Origin: Escherichia phage vB_EcoM_FT | Length of the DNA stretch: 64,000 nt | Strand: one strand, 5' to 3' | Sequence record: MT682710.1 | In this document: piece after piece, positions 42,527 to 53,036 of the stretch | How positions within the stretch are numbered: position 1 is the first letter of the stretch | Layout of the letters: every line of letters begins with the position of its first letter | Made by a program: the position numbers and the translations under genes | Notes under the pieces: generated by a model | What the model was told of the DNA's origin: nothing | Databases searched by the model: none | The model's input: the letters and a program-made list of their open reading frames with translations, nothing else

Positions 42527-42717
42527 TTTTTAACTTGATAAGAATCAACCCACACTTTCATATTAGGGTCTGCTCTTACAATAGGAGGATTAACTTCTTT
42601 AATTGAACTATCATGGTATTCTTTTTCAGAAATTTTCACACAAAGATGACCATTCAAAGATTCAGTAAATCCTGCATTAATTTTAAGACGCTTGAATTTT
42701 ACGTGTGTAAGCATCAA
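42511..42717 (-). CDS. hypothetical protein
   Basis: 68-aa ORF. Confidence 0.45.
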   Translation of the reverse strand: MMLTHVKFKRLKINAGFTESLNGHLCVKISEKEYHDSSIKEVNPPIVRADPNMKVWVDSYQVKKWWQL

Positions 42718-43000
42718 TCATATCCTCAATCTGCGATCTAGTAGTCTTCCAAAGAATACTGATGAGTTCATCGTTATATGGCTGTTTTAGAATATCCCGA
42801 CTTTTCTTGATAGCATATTCGTATTGAGCAAAATTATTATTTTCAGCCGCAATCTGAGCGTGCTTATAAAGACGATTCAGTTCGCGTTTATTTTTAGACA
42901 ATAACTTATTTGCTTTTCTTTCTGCTTCAAGACGGTTCTTTTCTTCAATAGAAGAAATAAGCTTTTCCACTTCATCATTAATTTCGGGTTTATCAGTCAT
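42683..43000 (-). CDS. hypothetical protein
   Basis: 105-aa ORF. Confidence 0.5.
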   Translation of the reverse strand: MTDKPEINDEVEKLISSIEEKNRLEAERKANKLLSKNKRELNRLYKHAQIAAENNNFAQYEYAIKKSRDILKQPYNDELISILWKTTRSQIEDMIDAYTRKIQAS

Positions 43001-43001
43001 A

Positions 43002-43220
43002 TTATTTCTCTAATATAAAATAAAAATCATCATCTGTTAAATGATACCGATAGTTTAATTCTACACCATTAGATTTAAAAGCGGTATCATACGGATTTTC
43101 TGGATCAATATCAATGTCAAGAGCTAAAACTTCCCTGAGATACATTTTAAGTAAATAGGGAATAGCTTCAACTTCAGGTATTTCTTCCAAGAATCCGGAG
43201 AGGTTAATCGTTAGCCTCAT
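43002..43220 (-). CDS. hypothetical protein
   Basis: 72-aa ORF. Confidence 0.5.
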
Positions 43221-43761
43221 ATAAAAAATCCAAACTAGGAGAATCGTCTACAACACTTTTCTTTTCAGCCCCTGGTGTTCTATAGGTTGATTCTTCGTAA
43301 TGCGTCATTTTATCGTAGATGTCTTGAATAAAAGTTTCATCTACTAACGCAACCATATCGTCGTCACGACTGTCATAGACATTGTGAACGAAGTAACTAT
43401 ATTTCTTTGCAACTTCCTTACGTTCCTTTTTAATACGTTGGACGAATGCATTAAAACAAGCTTGAGTTATATATGCATGTGGGTTTTTATATTTCGTTTC
43501 ATCAAAATTATGAAGCCCCTTAATAGAAGCTTCTATACCATCTGCAATCATTTCTTGTTTCCAAGACTGGGTGTATCCTGAAAAGTTGAAACGTTTAGAT
43601 AAGCCTTCTGCAATAAGCATAATGGCTAATCCAATAGTATCATTTTGACGAACTACTTTATTTGGGTCTTTATTATTTGCTAATTCTGTTTTCCAATCAA
43701 TAATAGCTTGTAAAAGCTCTTTATTGTTTACGTAATTATATTTAGGCTTAGTTTCTGACAT
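43204..43761 (-). CDS. 55: late sigma factor gp55
   Basis: ATG at 43761 ([23 protein letters not shown]) gives 185 aa. Confidence 0.9.
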
Positions 43762-43839
43762 TTTCACCTCTTAGCTCAATTCATAGATCTATTATATCAT
43801 AATATTTGAAGATCTATCTTAAAGCACAGAGGATATCAG

Positions 43840-44109
43840 TTATCTAAGTAAACAGTATGCTTGGAATACTTTTTCCATCATCTTTTTAAATTCATGAATA
43901 TCTATATAATGACTAGTTAAATCAGCATGATATAAAAAGTCTAAAAACTTTTCATGTGTACTAACATATTCACTTTCATTTAATTCAGAAACATGACTTT
44001 CCCAATATCCAACACCAGTTTTATTTGGGAAAAATGAAATTTTCATGTATTGGTCAACATAGAAAATGCCATAATTTTCAATAGTAATAGAAATATTAAT
44101 AAATTTCAT
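43840..44109 (-). CDS. hypothetical protein
   Basis: 89-aa ORF. Confidence 0.5.
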   Translation of the reverse strand: MKFINISITIENYGIFYVDQYMKISFFPNKTGVGYWESHVSELNESEYVSTHEKFLDFLYHADLTSHYIDIHEFKKMMEKVFQAYCLLR

Positions 44110-44321
44110 ACATTCATCAACTTAGCCGCTTCAAGAGCTGCATCTAGTGAATCAAATTGGTCAACATATTCAATCAATTCGCCATAATTGGCATATAACC
44201 ACCATTGGCTAAATTCATACTCAAGGATGAATCCATTTCCTTCAATTTGAGTTAAACCATTGCCGTTTGTATTTACTTCATATCCGGCAAGACGCAAATC
44301 GTTAATAAGAGCTTCGTTCAT
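44106..44321 (-). CDS. hypothetical protein
   Basis: 71-aa ORF. Confidence 0.5.
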   Translation of the reverse strand: MNEALINDLRLAGYEVNTNGNGLTQIEGNGFILEYEFSQWWLYANYGELIEYVDQFDSLDAALEAAKLMNV

Positions 44322-44323
44322 AA

Positions 44324-44650
44324 TTATACCTTAGTAATTTTCAGGTCTGCAAATTTTTTCTTGCGTTGATTTTTCATGCGACGAATAGTTTTATCGGAAA
44401 TTTCATGCTTTTGATAAGCTTTAGATTCTACACCAAAAGCTTTAACATCAAATTCTGACAAGATATATTGAACCAACAATTCACGGACAGTATTGCGTCC
44501 AATCTTCTGATCATTCTGTTTCATCATCTGATGAAGCTCTTTTTCCCATTTATCCAAAATTTGAGGAGTTACAATATCGCCTTTTTCTAGCAAAGAAACT
44601 ACTTTATCATATGCGTAAGAATTAATGACGTTTTTAATTTGAATAGTCAT
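44324..44650 (-). CDS. hypothetical protein
   Basis: 108-aa ORF. Confidence 0.5.
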   Translation of the reverse strand: MTIQIKNVINSYAYDKVVSLLEKGDIVTPQILDKWEKELHQMMKQNDQKIGRNTVRELLVQYILSEFDVKAFGVESKAYQKHEISDKTIRRMKNQRKKKFADLKITKV

Positions 44651-44688
44651 ACATTATCCTCAATTACGTTAAAATTTTATTATCCAAA

Positions 44689-44704
44689 AAGGGCCGAAGC
44701 CCTT
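44689..44704 (-). terminator. GC stem-loop with UUCG-type tetraloop
   Basis: aagggccgaagccctt. Confidence 0.5.
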
Positions 44705-44903
44705 AGCTAAACTGTTTGGCGCCCTTCCAGCCTTCGTACATCATTGCGGCTGATATTAATATTGCTCCTGAGCAACTTGAATATTTGTGATTCCAAAACC
44801 AGTTCAGAAAAACTTCGTCATCAATACCTTGGGCTATCATATTTTCAATGAACTGACGACGAGCTTCAGCAATTCGCTGCGATAATTTAGATTCAGGATT
44901 CAT
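44703..44903 (-). CDS. hypothetical protein
   Basis: 66-aa ORF. Confidence 0.45.
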   Translation of the reverse strand: MNPESKLSQRIAEARRQFIENMIAQGIDDEVFLNWFWNHKYSSCSGAILISAAMMYEGWKGAKQFS

Positions 44904-45119
44904 TTAAATTTCCCAATTACCATTTTCATCAATAAATTTAATCCAGTCATTTACTGACCACTTAGTTGTATCACCTTTTGGAGTAACATTTAAAGTATAT
45001 AGCCCTTGCTTAAAAAGCATTCGTTTGATATTCATAATTTCCTCAGCTGTAACGATAACACTCGTTTGATTTACGTTTAGCAACTCGTTGAGAAGTATTA
45101 TAATCAAAATCATCGTCAA
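44904..45119 (-). CDS. hypothetical protein
   Basis: 71-aa ORF. Confidence 0.45.
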   Translation of the reverse strand: MTMILIIILLNELLNVNQTSVIVTAEEIMNIKRMLFKQGLYTLNVTPKGDTTKWSVNDWIKFIDENGNWEI

Positions 45120-45381
45120 TGTAAACTGATTTTTTCAACTTTCTTACTTCACCACGCAGTTGACGATTCAATTCATTCTTAACCTCTGAATCAACACCTC
45201 GCATACGTCGCCATTTATCTGAACGAAAAATGTTTTCAACCATATCTTTATGACTTACACCATCAGGAGCTTTACGCTTTCCGAAATAGTCATAATCACG
45301 TACTTTTAAATCTTTACGACGATACGTTTTACCCATGGAGTTTAATTTCCTTAGCAACTGAACTAAATACAGCACGGTCAC
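45043..45381 (-). CDS. hypothetical basic protein
   Basis: 112-aa track ORF; true start may be internal (MGKTYRRKD). Confidence 0.4.
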   Translation of the reverse strand: MTVLYLVQLLRKLNSMGKTYRRKDLKVRDYDYFGKRKAPDGVSHKDMVENIFRSDKWRRMRGVDSEVKNELNRQLRGEVRKLKKSVYIDDDFDYNTSQRVAKRKSNECYRYS

Positions 45382-45511
45382 AAATCATCTGTTTATGTAA
45401 CTTAAGTATAAGATAATAAACTTCAAAACCGTTTACATAAGTAACACGAACAACATTACCATTAATAAAATAATATTGTCCCCTTTTAATTTCTTTATCA
45501 ACCACAACCAT
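45329..45511 (-). CDS. hypothetical protein
   Basis: 60-aa ORF behind promoter 45542..45571. Confidence 0.45.
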   Translation of the reverse strand: MVVVDKEIKRGQYYFINGNVVRVTYVNGFEVYYLILKLHKQMICDRAVFSSVAKEIKLHG

Positions 45512-45541
45512 ATCAAATCCTCAAAGGCAATTCATATGTCA

Positions 45542-45571
45542 ATAATACCACAGTTTGAACTTGTTGTAAAC
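45542..45571 (-). promoter_or_regulatory. early promoter (GTTTAC-N18-TATTAT) paired with hairpin
   Basis: downstream of nrdH-proximal hairpin 45653..45665. Confidence 0.5.
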
Positions 45572-45669
45572 AACTTTGTGAAAAATATTTTAGGGAATGA
45601 CAAGAAGGGAACGATAGCTTAGAATGGTAATATACAGAATGTAAGAAAGAAAGGCCCAGAGGGCCCATC

Positions 45670-45978
45670 TTAGTCTTCTATGATATCTCTATCATATCCA
45701 AGTGAAATGAGAGTTTCTTTGAAGTGTTTAATGTTCTTTTGTCTGGAATCATTAATGAAAATGACTGGATAACGAATGTTAAGAGATGTGAATCCAGCGC
45801 GTTTAGCAAGAGATACAATCAGTTGACGATCATACTCAATCTTACCGTTATTTGTAATAACTTTATAGAAAGTAAAAGGAGCATTGAGCTCCTTTAGAAG
45901 TTTTGTAACTGATTGACATCCAGGACAACGACCTACTTCATCTGGAATTCCATAGACTTCAATCTTATTTTGTTTCAC
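45670..45978 (-). CDS. nrdH: NrdH glutaredoxin-like protein
   Basis: 102-aa ORF with CPGC redox motif next to nrdG/nrdD. Confidence 0.75.
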   Translation of the reverse strand: MKQNKIEVYGIPDEVGRCPGCQSVTKLLKELNAPFTFYKVITNNGKIEYDRQLIVSLAKRAGFTSLNIRYPVIFINDSRQKNIKHFKETLISLGYDRDIIED

Positions 45979-45980
45979 AA

Positions 45981-46193
45981 CTATTCCTTACTAAGAGCAG
46001 CATTCAGCTTGTTAGTAATTTTATCCAGACGCTCATTGAACTCACTAGAAGATAAGCCCTTTTCTGGAGAAATCAAACTAATCACGAAAAATATAGCAAT
46101 AAAAGGAATAAGGAAAATAGCTCCAACTGCCATAAACAGAAAGAATGTTACAGTTGTAAGAAAATCAGCTAAACCTTTACGAAATTTATACAT
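45981..46193 (-). CDS. small membrane protein
   Basis: 70-aa ORF with one TM helix. Confidence 0.45.
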   Translation of the reverse strand: MYKFRKGLADFLTTVTFFLFMAVGAIFLIPFIAIFFVISLISPEKGLSSSEFNERLDKITNKLNAALSKE

Positions 46194-46308
46194 ATTTTAC
46201 CCTTAATTGATTAACCAAGCATTGATAAGCACTAAACTATATTGGGAATAAAATTCTGGACCAAAATGAAAAATCATATCATTTATAGTATCCATAATGT
46301 AATTCAAT

Positions 46309-46779
46309 TTAATCATGTTTCCACACCCCATCGGTATTTGACCAAAGCCGCTGATTATCTGATCCTCGCCACAGCTTTTTAGTCGGAAGATTTTTCTCAT
46401 ACTTCCCATCAATAATAACATCAACATATTTAAGCATTTCTAGCTGTTTAATATCTTCAAACTTATATCCTGTCCACAACCAAATGCTTTTATTGGGATA
46501 AAGATTTTTTACTGTTTGAACAATGCAATGAATAACATCTCGGTTATCAGGATAGAGAGGGTCTCCTCCAGTTATAGTTAATCCTTCTATATAATCATTA
46601 TTCAAACATTCAATTAATTGCTCTAGTGTCTCTCCAGTGAATGGAATACCATTTCTAGCATTCCATGTTGATTTATTATAACACCCTTCGCATTTATGCA
46701 AACAACCCGTAACGAAAAGAACGACCCTGCACCCAGGGCCATTCACAAAATCACAGGGATAAAATCTATCGTAATTCAT
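46309..46779 (-). CDS. nrdG: anaerobic ribonucleotide reductase activating protein NrdG
   Basis: 156-aa ORF; cysteine cluster CLHKCEGC; coupled to nrdD. Confidence 0.9.
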   Translation of the reverse strand: MNYDRFYPCDFVNGPGCRVVLFVTGCLHKCEGCYNKSTWNARNGIPFTGETLEQLIECLNNDYIEGLTITGGDPLYPDNRDVIHCIVQTVKNLYPNKSIWLWTGYKFEDIKQLEMLKYVDVIIDGKYEKNLPTKKLWRGSDNQRLWSNTDGVWKHD

Positions 46780-48593
46780 TGGTGTTTAACCCTATGCATG
46801 ATTTCTTTATTTTTACCGAGATTAAATCCGCGTTCATTCGGATTTCCCAAATAACCACATGTTCTTCTTATTGTGTTCATCTTTTTAGGATCAGTTTCTC
46901 CACAGATAGAACAAACAAATCCGTTTTCAGTAGGAGTCATTTCATGGGTACTTCCGCATGTAAAACACTTATCTACTGGCATATTAACACCAAAATAATC
47001 TAAATGCTGTGCAGCATAATCCCACACGGCCTCAAGACCTTTTAAGTTATTTTTCATATCAGGAAGTTCAACATAAGAAATGTGACCACCTGTCGCAATG
47101 AAATGATATGGTGCTTCACGAGAAATCTTTTCAAACGGAGTAATATTTTCTTCTACTGAAACATGGAAACTGTTAGTGTACCAACCTTTATCGGTAACAT
47201 CCTTTACACTTCCATATTTTTCGGTATCAAGTTTACAGAAGCGATAACAAAGGTTTTCAGCAGGAGTAGAATACAAGCTAAAAGCAAAACCAGTTCTTTC
47301 AGTCCACTGCTTAAGACGAGCATTCATTTTAGTTAAAATTTCTTGTCCAATATCACGACCGACAAGAATATTCAATTCGTGAATACCAATGTATCCTAGG
47401 GACACTGAACTTCTACCGTTTTTAAATAACTCAATTATGTCGTCATCAGGTTTAAGACGAACCCCGAATGCACCTTCTTGGTAAAGAATAGGAGCAACAG
47501 TTGCTTTAACTCCTTTTAAGGAACTAATTCTACACATCAAAGCTTCAAAACATAAATCCATTCGTTCATTGAATAATTCAACAAATTTCTGTTCATTGAA
47601 CTGTGTTCCAATATAAGAATCTAACGCAATACGAGGAAGATTCAGTGTTACAACACCAAGATTATTACGTCCATCAAGAATTTCATTACCAGTCGAATCT
47701 TTCCATACGCTCAAGAAACTACGGCAGCCCATTGGAGAAACAGGAACAGATGAACCAGTGATAGCTTTATTGTTCTTAGCTGAAATAATATCAGGATACA
47801 TTCTTTTGCTTGCGCACTCTAAAGCAAGCTGTTTAATATCATAGTTCGGATCGTCTTTATAAAGATTAACACCTTCTTCAACGAACATAACAAGTTTAGG
47901 GAAAATAGGAGTTATCCCATCACGACCAAGACCTTTAATACGATTTTTCAGAATTGCTTTCTGAATCATTCGTTCAGTCCAGTCAGTTCCCGTACCAAAT
48001 GTAATTGTTACAAAAGGCGTTTGTCCGTTTGAACTAAAGAGAGTGTTTACTTCATATTCATAAGCTTGAAATGCATCGTATACGTCTTTTTCTGTTTTAG
48101 ATTGAGCATAATTCAACGCATCAGCGATTTGCCATTTTTCTGCATCCTCAATATGTTTTGCATATGTGCGTTTAACATAAGGAGAAAGTACTTTATCTAC
48201 ATTCGCAAAAGTCGTTCCGCCATATTGATGGGAAGCAACCTGTGCAGTAATTTGTGCCATAATTGCAGTAGCAACGCCAATTGATTTAGGAGTTTCAATC
48301 TGCGCATTACCGAGCTTAAATCCGTTCTCAAGCATTCCTTTTAAATCTACTAAACAGCAATTAGTAAATGGAAGAGCAGGGGAATAATCAATATCATGGA
48401 AATGAATAATTCCGCTTTCATGCGCTTTCATAATAAAAGACGGGACCATATTTTTGGCAATGTGTTTAGACACAATACCAGCCATAAGGTCCCGTTGAGT
48501 TGGAAAAACACGAGAATCTTTATTAGCATTCTCGTTCAAAAGGTCTTTATTGGTTTTATGAATCAATCCTTCAATTTCTTTTTCAATTGTCAT
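46776..48593 (-). CDS. nrdD: anaerobic ribonucleoside-triphosphate reductase NrdD, uninterrupted
   Basis: 605-aa continuous ORF; C-terminal zinc ribbon CFTCGS...CSICG and glycyl-radical region. Confidence 0.95.
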   Translation of the reverse strand: MTIEKEIEGLIHKTNKDLLNENANKDSRVFPTQRDLMAGIVSKHIAKNMVPSFIMKAHESGIIHFHDIDYSPALPFTNCCLVDLKGMLENGFKLGNAQIETPKSIGVATAIMAQITAQVASHQYGGTTFANVDKVLSPYVKRTYAKHIEDAEKWQIADALNYAQSKTEKDVYDAFQAYEYEVNTLFSSNGQTPFVTITFGTGTDWTERMIQKAILKNRIKGLGRDGITPIFPKLVMFVEEGVNLYKDDPNYDIKQLALECASKRMYPDIISAKNNKAITGSSVPVSPMGCRSFLSVWKDSTGNEILDGRNNLGVVTLNLPRIALDSYIGTQFNEQKFVELFNERMDLCFEALMCRISSLKGVKATVAPILYQEGAFGVRLKPDDDIIELFKNGRSSVSLGYIGIHELNILVGRDIGQEILTKMNARLKQWTERTGFAFSLYSTPAENLCYRFCKLDTEKYGSVKDVTDKGWYTNSFHVSVEENITPFEKISREAPYHFIATGGHISYVELPDMKNNLKGLEAVWDYAAQHLDYFGVNMPVDKCFTCGSTHEMTPTENGFVCSICGETDPKKMNTIRRTCGYLGNPNERGFNLGKNKEIMHRVKHQ

Positions 48594-49063
48594 TTTAAAC
48601 TCTTTCTAAGCTGCTTCTTGAATGAAGCTATTAACTGTGTTTTTGTGTCAGATTCATTATATTCAAATCCTCTTTGAAGCATCTCGGCCATCATTTCCTC
48701 TTTTCCTAAACGAGAAAATTCCTTTGATTTATCTCCAACAAAGTTAGGGTGAATATTATTTTGGGTGTAATCGGATTTTAAATAAGTAAGTAAATTTTCT
48801 AACCATTCAAGATAATCAACACCCTGTCCCTTTAAGCCAGAACGATTAAATTTATGCTTCATTTGACCTTCTGCGGCATTGCATAGATTACAAAGCAATC
48901 CACGTACCTTTCCTGCTTTTGGTCCATTTAATTCATGGTCATGGTCGAGGTGATTAGCTTGAACATCAGGATTTAGTTCTCGTTGGCAAATTAAGCATTT
49001 ACCATTTTGTGCATCATAAAATTTCTGTTTTTCTTCTTTATATAATTTGCCAGTCAATAACAT
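48590..49063 (-). CDS. 49: endonuclease VII (gp49), Holliday junction resolvase
   Basis: 157-aa ORF recognised as T4 gp49; CLIC...HDHE motif. Confidence 0.9.
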   Translation of the reverse strand: MLLTGKLYKEEKQKFYDAQNGKCLICQRELNPDVQANHLDHDHELNGPKAGKVRGLLCNLCNAAEGQMKHKFNRSGLKGQGVDYLEWLENLLTYLKSDYTQNNIHPNFVGDKSKEFSRLGKEEMMAEMLQRGFEYNESDTKTQLIASFKKQLRKSLK

Positions 49064-49234
49064 AATAAACCCTTACCTTAAATAGATAAGGGTATTTATT
49101 ATTTTCAAGTATTGTAAAACATTTGATTCAATCGCTTATATTGCCGAATCTTTTGGTCAGAAAAAGAAATTTGAGTTTCAAGCCATTCAATGTATTCTGC
49201 GGCAGCTTGCATCAGGTTACCTTCATAGCCATCG

Positions 49235-49609
49235 TTATTTTTTTTGTGCAGCTAATTTAGCTAATGCGTATGAAATACGTTCACCTTGAAAATCGGCTTT
49301 AGGCTTCTGAACAACTTGATTAGTTCGCTCTACAACTTCTTCAATTTCGCCATTTTCAATGGATTCAGTATTCCACAAGCACCAATACGTAATTGGCTTA
49401 TCATAGATGTTAATAATCTTTCCGTCGGAAAGTTCAATTTCAATAATTCCAGTATCAGGCTCTATATCATCTTCACATTCTTTTGCAAGTTCACGAACTT
49501 TAAAGACAGTACCTGCACTAAGTTCCGGCCAGTAATTACACAGCCCTGTATCAGCACGATTAATTCTAAACCACTTATCTACTGTAATCATGTCCCATCT
49601 CCATATCAA
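49235..49609 (-). CDS. hypothetical protein (49.1/pin region)
   Basis: 124-aa ORF. Confidence 0.5.
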   Translation of the reverse strand: MIWRWDMITVDKWFRINRADTGLCNYWPELSAGTVFKVRELAKECEDDIEPDTGIIEIELSDGKIINIYDKPITYWCLWNTESIENGEIEEVVERTNQVVQKPKADFQGERISYALAKLAAQKK

Positions 49610-49713
49610 TTAAGTCATTTATCGTTGGTTCATTATATACTGTTTCTTCATCAGTGTAAACCGGTTCTTCCGGCTCTGGCTCTACAGTTTCCCATCTAGC
49701 CGCCCACCAAGGT

Positions 49714-49923
49714 TTAACCCCGAAGCTTATTAAGTTCTTCATAATCAATCCAGGATTCTAGTCCTGATGGCAAATCAGATTCAATTTCCCAAAGAAGCTC
49801 TTCAATTTTCTGAAGACGATCTAGTTCTTCGGCTGGAATAGTAACCATTGACGGAGTTCTTGATACACTAATATCGTAAATCATATTTACCCCAGTTTGA
49901 CCATACAATCGCCATATTTCCAT
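49714..49923 (-). CDS. hypothetical protein
   Basis: 69-aa ORF. Confidence 0.45.
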   Translation of the reverse strand: MEIWRLYGQTGVNMIYDISVSRTPSMVTIPAEELDRLQKIEELLWEIESDLPSGLESWIDYEELNKLRG

Positions 49924-50102
49924 TTAGAAATAGACTTTTCACCGTTAGAATAATAAACTTCGAGTTTAGCACGATTATTTTTAATTTGAATAACCTTTGC
50001 TGTCATCAAAGTTCCATACCCATAATAAACTGCAACCTCATCACCTACATATACCGCGCTTCCGCGGTAGTCATGGATATAATCAGTTCCTTCGAGCATC
50101 AT
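49887..50102 (-). CDS. hypothetical protein
   Basis: 71-aa ORF coupled to nrdC. Confidence 0.45.
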   Translation of the reverse strand: MMLEGTDYIHDYRGSAVYVGDEVAVYYGYGTLMTAKVIQIKNNRAKLEVYYSNGEKSISKWKYGDCMVKLG

Positions 50103-50362
50103 TTAAAGTATTCCCGCAATTGGTCAAATCCACCAATATGACTTCCATCAGGAGCAAATACTTGTGGCATTGTCAAACCAATTTGAGTATCACGACCTAG
50201 TTTAGTCAGAAGCTCAGCGATTTTCTCATCATCAAAAACACCTTTTTCCGGCATAATGTTGATAAATTCAAACGGTTGTTTCTTCACAGTCAAGAGACGT
50301 TTTGCATTATCGCAATACACACATTTATGGATGTTGCTATCATAACCATATACTTTAAACAT
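50099..50362 (-). CDS. nrdC: thioredoxin/glutaredoxin NrdC
   Basis: 87-aa ORF MFKVYGYDSNIHKCVYCDNAKRLL recognised as T4 NrdC. Confidence 0.9.
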   Translation of the reverse strand: MFKVYGYDSNIHKCVYCDNAKRLLTVKKQPFEFINIMPEKGVFDDEKIAELLTKLGRDTQIGLTMPQVFAPDGSHIGGFDQLREYFK

Positions 50363-50363
50363 A

Positions 50364-50606
50364 TTATTCCTTAATTCCTAGTACTTGTTTAAAAGTCTCG
50401 TCGTAATCAAGACTTTGGCCCGTTTGTTCTTTATGTTTGTATATAATATCACTTACTTCTGATAGCATATTTTTATATGAACGAGTTAAAGCAGATTTAA
50501 GCACGCTGTATCTATCAGGAAATTTACCGTGTTCATTATAATAAGCTATTGCTAATTCACGGACTGCCTTTTCAGCAGTCTCCATATATTCTTTACGCTT
50601 GGTCAT
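50364..50606 (-). CDS. hypothetical protein
   Basis: 80-aa ORF. Confidence 0.5.
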
Positions 50607-50608
50607 TT

Positions 50609-50998
50609 TTAATCCAAAATATTATTAGGCATTGGTTGAACACTCGCAAGTTCTTTAAAGAACTCAGTAGAGTCAGGTAATTTAACCATTTCCGGAGCAT
50701 GCTTACTAAATTTATGTTTGCAATGACGGCATTTATATTCAAGTTCCGGTTTACGCCAGTTAATCAATTGAACTTGTTCAGTACCGCATTCAGGACAATT
50801 AGGAACGTTTTTAGAAGCCCTTTCGCGACGTTCAACCATAACCATAATAGCATCCCAGGCTGGAGGTTTAAAATCTAAATCATCACAACCATGAATCTTT
50901 CCGCGCATTTCCAGATCGTCTTCTTCACCAGCCATAATAATTTTAATTAGACTGGAATTACTTGAAGCTGCAATATCTTCTAATAGACGCTTTTTCAT
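50609..50998 (-). CDS. zinc-ribbon protein
   Basis: 129-aa ORF with CPECG-x18-CRHC motif. Confidence 0.55.
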
Positions 50999-51924
50999 TT
51001 CAATACCTCAATAGCATTACGTAAACCATTTGCTTTTGCATTAAGAGCTTTTAACAATTTAGTGTGTTCGGCAATCTGAGCTTCAACTTCAACTAGTCGA
51101 GATTTGAGGTATTCACGTTCTTCGCTCAAGTTATCAATCTTTTCTACTTTAGGCTCTTTTACAACTGTCTTATATGTATTAGGGTTCTTCAGTTTAATTA
51201 AAATGCGTGAACTGTATAACATTGAACCATTATCTTCGGTTTCGTCATACATTTCTACTACGTCCATGATTTTTAACATCATGCGGAGTTTATAAGATAA
51301 CGAACGAATAGTTTTGTTGTGCTTATTAATTTCTCTAGAGTTCATGGTGCCGAGATTACGTGAGTAATAATAAGGAACCTGGATATTAATTAATACTGAT
51401 GAACCACCTGGCTTGTGTGTTACTTCATCAGCAATAACCCAATCCTTAACATGAACTGTATTTGTACGGTCATCGCCCGCGGTAAATAGTTTGCGAGCAT
51501 GCTTAAAAAGCATATTCACTTGGTCATTGAATTGACAAGCAAATTTATCAGCAAATTTAGTTTCAGGAATGGTAGATAACCAATCAGCCAAATGAGTCTT
51601 TTTAACATCGTTAACAATAGTAAATTCAACCAAATCAGTTATAGATGTCTCAGATTTAATAAAGCTCGGCTTCATAAAGTTTTTAATGTTATCGCGAGCT
51701 ACAGTAGAAGATAACATACGAGAACGTTTAAACCATTGAAGCAAATTGCCCAACGAATGAGAATAAGCGTTTTGAGTATCTTTACAGATATGATTTTCCT
51801 GGCCAACATATTGAAGGAAATCACGAAGAATATTATTGATTACTGCCCTGTGTCCGATCTGATAATTACGGTGTTTAGTAATAAGACTGTCAAAATAATC
51901 AATATAATGTTTACGAGTTTTCAT
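50995..51924 (-). CDS. coiled-coil protein, paralog family member A
   Basis: 309-aa ORF; N-terminal MKTRK; C-terminal coiled coil; internal LRMMLKIMDVVEMY block. Confidence 0.6.
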   Translation of the reverse strand: MKTRKHYIDYFDSLITKHRNYQIGHRAVINNILRDFLQYVGQENHICKDTQNAYSHSLGNLLQWFKRSRMLSSTVARDNIKNFMKPSFIKSETSITDLVEFTIVNDVKKTHLADWLSTIPETKFADKFACQFNDQVNMLFKHARKLFTAGDDRTNTVHVKDWVIADEVTHKPGGSSVLINIQVPYYYSRNLGTMNSREINKHNKTIRSLSYKLRMMLKIMDVVEMYDETEDNGSMLYSSRILIKLKNPNTYKTVVKEPKVEKIDNLSEEREYLKSRLVEVEAQIAEHTKLLKALNAKANGLRNAIEVLK

Positions 51925-51976
51925 GTTCTTCTCACTTGGTTAATGATTTATACTCCGAGCCATCCTTGGCTTTAAA

Positions 51977-52978
51977 TTACTTAATTAACTGTAAAGCTTG
52001 TTCCAGACGATCAAGACGATTAACAGATTCTTCCCAAATCCTTTTAGCCTGCTCATATTCTTTCTGCGCTTTATTAGAAATTTCTAGAACTTCTTTATAA
52101 GCTTTTTCTAGTGCAATAACTTCTGGACGAATTTCTACCGGTTCAGGTGAATCGTCAAGACATTCCATTAGTTCCTCAAGGGTAGTTTCTTCTTTAGGAG
52201 TATTCACAATTTCATCACATTTTTGTTGGTAAATTTCTTTATCAGTAGGTGAATAAGCACATTTCACTTCACGAAGACTAATTACAATTTTATATCCTTC
52301 CCAACCGCATATATTCTTAAAAGGATAAGTATGAATATTTTCTACTGTTTCCATACAAAGTAATGCGGTCTCTAATTGACGAGTTATAGTGCTAGCAATT
52401 GAGAAAAATTTATTAATATTCTTTTGGTTAGTTTCTGGTGTAAAAAATCCATAATTCACAAAAATAGATACTTTATTTTTATCAAGTTCATATTCTTTTA
52501 CGATAATCATATCAGAAGCCAAAGGATGAATTTGACGATAATCGCCATAACATAATTTAGAAGCTGATTTTAGAATTTGTCCTTTGAAAAGTCTGAAATT
52601 ACTAATCCAACGACGAGTAAAAATATTCTCAGGGTCTTCTTTATTATTAAGATGATAAGAATTAACATCACCGAACCAATTATATCCTACTACATCTTTA
52701 GTTCGTTTAATTTCTTTCCCAAAATTACCAAGAATATCCCGATTAACCAAATATGAAAGAAGACGAGACTCTTTAAAGGTTTTCTTGATAAGATCTTTAT
52801 CTACACGACTAGAAATTTTACGAATTTCATGAATAAATTTAGTAGAAGAAACAATACTTGCATCAACACTATTGAGCCATTGATTGATAATAGAAAGAAC
52901 GATATTTTGACCAAACATCGGTATAGCTTTATCATCAATAACGCTATTGAATGATTTGATATATTCGTTACGAGTCAT
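51977..52978 (-). CDS. coiled-coil protein, paralog family member B
   Basis: ATG at 52978 (MTRNEYIKSF) with GAGGAG RBS; longer track ORF would start inside promoter 53007..53036; C-terminal coiled coil. Confidence 0.6.
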   Translation of the reverse strand: MTRNEYIKSFNSVIDDKAIPMFGQNIVLSIINQWLNSVDASIVSSTKFIHEIRKISSRVDKDLIKKTFKESRLLSYLVNRDILGNFGKEIKRTKDVVGYNWFGDVNSYHLNNKEDPENIFTRRWISNFRLFKGQILKSASKLCYGDYRQIHPLASDMIIVKEYELDKNKVSIFVNYGFFTPETNQKNINKFFSIASTITRQLETALLCMETVENIHTYPFKNICGWEGYKIVISLREVKCAYSPTDKEIYQQKCDEIVNTPKEETTLEELMECLDDSPEPVEIRPEVIALEKAYKEVLEISNKAQKEYEQAKRIWEESVNRLDRLEQALQLIK

Positions 52979-53006
52979 ATTAATCTCCTCAGTAGAAAGT
53001 AAGAAC

Positions 53007-53036
53007 ATTATACCACATCCTTGTGGCAAAGTAAAC
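53007..53036 (-). promoter_or_regulatory. early promoter (GTTTAC-N18-TATAAT)
   Basis: near-identical to promoter at 7732..7761 (ccacatccttgtgg spacer). Confidence 0.55.

Noticed and set aside
46776-48593. Possible group I intron / I-TevIII in nrdD
   Set aside because: nrdD is a single uninterrupted 605-codon frame coupled to nrdG, leaving no room for an intron.
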